A stretch of DNA of 62,177 nucleotides from Armatimonadota bacterium (GTDB lineage: Bacteria; Armatimonadota; SYMT01): contig JBKBRF010000027.1 of assembly GCA_046292385.1 (NCBI GenBank), positions 1 through 62,177 on the forward strand, read 5' to 3'. Made by a program: the position numbers and the translations under genes. Below are positions 59,643 to 62,177 of this stretch, one piece after another. Below the pieces are notes generated by a model that saw nothing but the letters and a program-made list of their open reading frames with translations, ran no database searches and had not been told where the DNA came from. Within the stretch, counting starts at the first letter, position 1, and the number at the start of each line of letters is the position of its first letter.

Positions 59643-60780
59643 CGTCCCGGTCAGCGGTCGCGCGCGGGTCGACCGCCGCACCAAGAGACTCTGCCGCCGC
59701 CTGAAGCGAGGTGAGATCGCCGTCATCGACCACCGAGACCTTGACGGCGCCGCCGCGGAAGCGCTGGTCGAGTGCCGCCCCGCCGCGGTGGTGAACGCCT
59801 CCGAATCGATCTCCGGCCGGTATCCGAACAGCGGCCCCGGGATCCTGCTGGAAGCCGGGATCCCGCTGCTCGACGCGTGCGGCCCGGAGTTGCTCGACCA
59901 GGTGGCCGAAGGCGAGCGGCTGGAGCTGCGCGGCAACGAGGTCTGGTCGCCGCGCGGGCTGGCGGCCCGGGGGACCCGCCTGGAGCGCGCCACGCTGGAG
60001 CGCACGCTCGAGAGCGCCCGGGGCAACCTGGGCCGGGAGCTGGCCGACTTCACCCGCAACACGCTCCAGTACCTGGAGCGGGAGCAGGAGCAGGCGCTGG
60101 ATGAGATCCCGATGCCGCCGCTCCGGACCGTGATGAAGAACCGCCCGGCGCTGGTGGTGGTCCGCGGCGAGGGCTACCGCCAGGACCTGCAGTGGGTGCA
60201 GCCGTACATCCGGGAGCAGAAGCCGGTGCTGATCGCCGTGGACGGCGGGGCGGACGCCCTGCTGCAGGCCGGGTTCCGGCCGCACGTCATCGTCGGCGAC
60301 ATGGACAGCGCCAGTGACGAGGCGCTCTCTAGCGGGGCGGAGCTGGTGGTGCACACCTACGCCGACGGCCGGCACAGTCCGGGCGTGGACCGTCTCCGCG
60401 AGCTGAGCCTGACGGGACACGAGCTGGCCACTCCCGGGACCTCGGAAGACGTGGCCATGTTGATGGCGTTCCAGGGCGGCGCCTCGCTGATCGTAGCGGT
60501 CGGCACGCATTTCTCGCTCGTCGAGTTCCTCGACAAGCGCCGCGCCGGGATGGCGAGCACCTTCCTGACGCGGCTCAAGGTCGGCTCGATTCTGGTCGAT
60601 GCCAAGGGCCTGCGGCGTCTCTACCGCCCGGGGCTGAGCCCGACCCTGGTGGCGGGGATCTTCCTCTCCGCAGGGGTCTGTATCGCCGTGGCGGTGGCCA
60701 ACTCCGCGGGCCTCCAGCGCTGGCTGGGGCTGCTCGGCATGAGTATCGAAGTCTGGCTCCGGAGGCACGGCCTGCGATGA
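59542..60780 (+). CDS. steA: SteA family putative cytokinetic ring protein (TPK-like domain)
   Basis: ARVDRRTKRL..RL..G.IAVIDH.DLD, SISGRYPN.GP, AVDGGADAL, GTSEDVAM, FLDK.R.GMASTFLTRLKVG, C-terminal TM; start uncertain (TTG 59542 or GTG 59566). Confidence 0.85.
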   Translation: MANSRECSVGLKQRLSSTLASYWPRLPGRASPADVPVSGRARVDRRTKRLCRRLKRGEIAVIDHRDLDGAAAEALVECRPAAVVNASESISGRYPNSGPGILLEAGIPLLDACGPELLDQVAEGERLELRGNEVWSPRGLAARGTRLERATLERTLESARGNLGRELADFTRNTLQYLEREQEQALDEIPMPPLRTVMKNRPALVVVRGEGYRQDLQWVQPYIREQKPVLIAVDGGADALLQAGFRPHVIVGDMDSASDEALSSGAELVVHTYADGRHSPGVDRLRELSLTGHELATPGTSEDVAMLMAFQGGASLIVAVGTHFSLVEFLDKRRAGMASTFLTRLKVGSILVDAKGLRRLYRPGLSPTLVAGIFLSAGVCIAVAVANSAGLQRWLGLLGMSIEVWLRRHGLR

Positions 60781-61664
60781 TCGATCTCCGCTACGTCGCC
60801 CTTACCGGCATCTTCATCTTCCTGGCGCTGGCGGTCGGCATGATGGCCGGCTCCGCCCTCGGCGGGCCGGACAAGCGGGACGCAGCCTATGCGGGCCTGC
60901 GCGACGAGTTCGAGCTGCTGCGGTCGGAGAACCAGCGCGTCCGGGATGAGAACGATACGGTGAAGCGGCGCCTCGAGGCCCGGGACCAGGCGCTCCACAG
61001 CCTGCTGCCGCTGGCGGTGCGCGGACGCCTGGCGGGGACCACCGTGGCGGTGGTGGTCTGCGGCGGGGTGGACGAAGGCCGGTTCTGGAGCGAGCTGGAG
61101 AACGCGCTGGAGGTGGCGGGAGCGCAGGTGGGGCCGGTGCTCCGGCTGCCGGACTTCATGGAGTCGCTCACCCCGCAAGACCACGCCCGCTTCGCCCGCA
61201 TCTGGAGCGATCCGTCCGCCACGCCGGTCGCGCCGGAGCGGCGTCCTTATGAGCCGGTCGGGTGGCTGCTCCGCGGGATCACGGGAGACTCTACGCGGGC
61301 GGAAGTCCGGGACCTGGCGAGCGCGCTGGGTGCCGAGCTGCGCGCCTATGAGGGACCTTCCAACCGCGTGCTGGTGCTTACCACCGCGAACGCCGCTCGC
61401 GAGGTACGCGTGACCGGGAGCCTGATCCCGGAAGCGGAGGTCGTACGGACCGCGCTCGACCGCGATCTGCGCGTGGTGGTTGCCGAGCCGGAAGCGAGCG
61501 AGAAGAGCGTGGTGGAGCACCTGCGGGGACGGGAGGTGGCGACGGTCGACAACGTCGACACGGTCGCCGGGCGGATCTCCACCGTGCTCGCGCTTGCGGG
61601 GCAGGACGGCCACTTCGGGTCCCGACCCGGGGCGCAGCCGCTGCCGGACCCCGGCGTCTATTGA
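60777..61664 (+). CDS. steB: SteB / MctB ('copper transporter') family protein
   Basis: MIDLRY...IFLALAVG, coiled coil, TVDNVDT.AG...LAL. Confidence 0.8.
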   Translation: MIDLRYVALTGIFIFLALAVGMMAGSALGGPDKRDAAYAGLRDEFELLRSENQRVRDENDTVKRRLEARDQALHSLLPLAVRGRLAGTTVAVVVCGGVDEGRFWSELENALEVAGAQVGPVLRLPDFMESLTPQDHARFARIWSDPSATPVAPERRPYEPVGWLLRGITGDSTRAEVRDLASALGAELRAYEGPSNRVLVLTTANAAREVRVTGSLIPEAEVVRTALDRDLRVVVAEPEASEKSVVEHLRGREVATVDNVDTVAGRISTVLALAGQDGHFGSRPGAQPLPDPGVY

Positions 61665-61680
61665 GATCGGGCGGCAGACG

Positions 61681-62177
61681 ATGAGCCGGACGGGGCAGGC
61701 ACGTGCGGGAGCGACGGGCAGCGCCGGGGCCAGCCCGGCCCCCAGGGTTTCCGTCATCATCCCCGCCTATGCGGAGGCGGGCCGGGTGGGGGAGACGGTG
61801 CGCGCCGCCGCGGACGCGATGCGCCGGCTGGACGCCGGCCCCTGGGAACTGCTGGTGATCGACGACGGCTCTCCGGACGACACCGCGGGCGAGGCCGAGG
61901 CGGCCGGCGCGCGGGTGGTCCGCCTTCCTCGCAACCTCGGCAAGGGGGGTGCGCTCGCCCGCGGTCTCACGGAAGCCCGCGGCGACCTGCTGCTCCTGCT
62001 CGACGCCGACCTGCGCGAAACGGCCTCCGAAGCGTGGAAGCTCCTGGAGCCGGTGCGGCGCGGCGACGCCGAGATGACGATCGCGCGGTTTCCGCGCCAG
62101 GCCGGGCCGGCCGGCTTCGGACTGGTGATGCGCTTGGCGCGGTGGGGCCTGGGGGGCGGGGGAAGAGAGACAATGGG
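61681..62177 (+). CDS. Glycosyltransferase family 2 (partial, runs off the right edge)
   Basis: VSVIIPAY, VIDDGSPDDT, NLGKGGAL, LLDADL; not in the ORF track because there is no stop. Confidence 0.85.
   Translation, partial: MSRTGQARAGATGSAGASPAPRVSVIIPAYAEAGRVGETVRAAADAMRRLDAGPWELLVIDDGSPDDTAGEAEAAGARVVRLPRNLGKGGALARGLTEARGDLLLLLDADLRETASEAWKLLEPVRRGDAEMTIARFPRQAGPAGFGLVMRLARWGLGGGGRETM

Noticed and set aside
62145..62177. G-rich end of the GT2 ORF as a biological feature
   Set aside because: At the window edge and possibly low-quality sequence; cannot be interpreted

Overview
A very GC-rich bacterial chromosomal segment, most likely Armatimonadota or a similar lineage. This is inferred from the DUF1559 H-X9-DG prepilin-like protein, CRTAC1/ASPIC-UnbV proteins, DUF1552/DUF1592 genes and a SigB/F-type sigma factor. 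Housekeeping genes: 2-oxoacid dehydrogenase E2, sthA, a HelY-like helicase, purS-purQ-X-purL-purF-purN, glnD, folB, perR-ahpC and nadK-recN-steA-steB-GT2. Accessory genes: a MacAB/LolCDE-like ABC exporter, a DUF1559-TPR-CRTAC1 envelope cluster and a DUF4011-helicase-Vsr-DUF3320 (Hhe-like) defence gene. No rRNA, tRNA or CRISPR array was recognised. Best candidates for new biology: (1) a 73-aa protein with beta-grasp-like patterning ending in PPICGG, followed by a membrane protein with a single Cys, with no E1/JAB in the window and SigB/F-like promoters nearby (48985-49918); (2) a ~320-nt multi-helix noncoding region right after the Ski2/HelY-like helicase (36795-37113); (3) an orphan PqqD/RRE-leader-Cys-tail fusion (52432-53088); (4) a secreted transglutaminase-triad protein inside the pur operon; (5) a MITE and two families of heptamer-based intergenic repeats. 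All family calls come from motifs recognised by eye, not from database searches.
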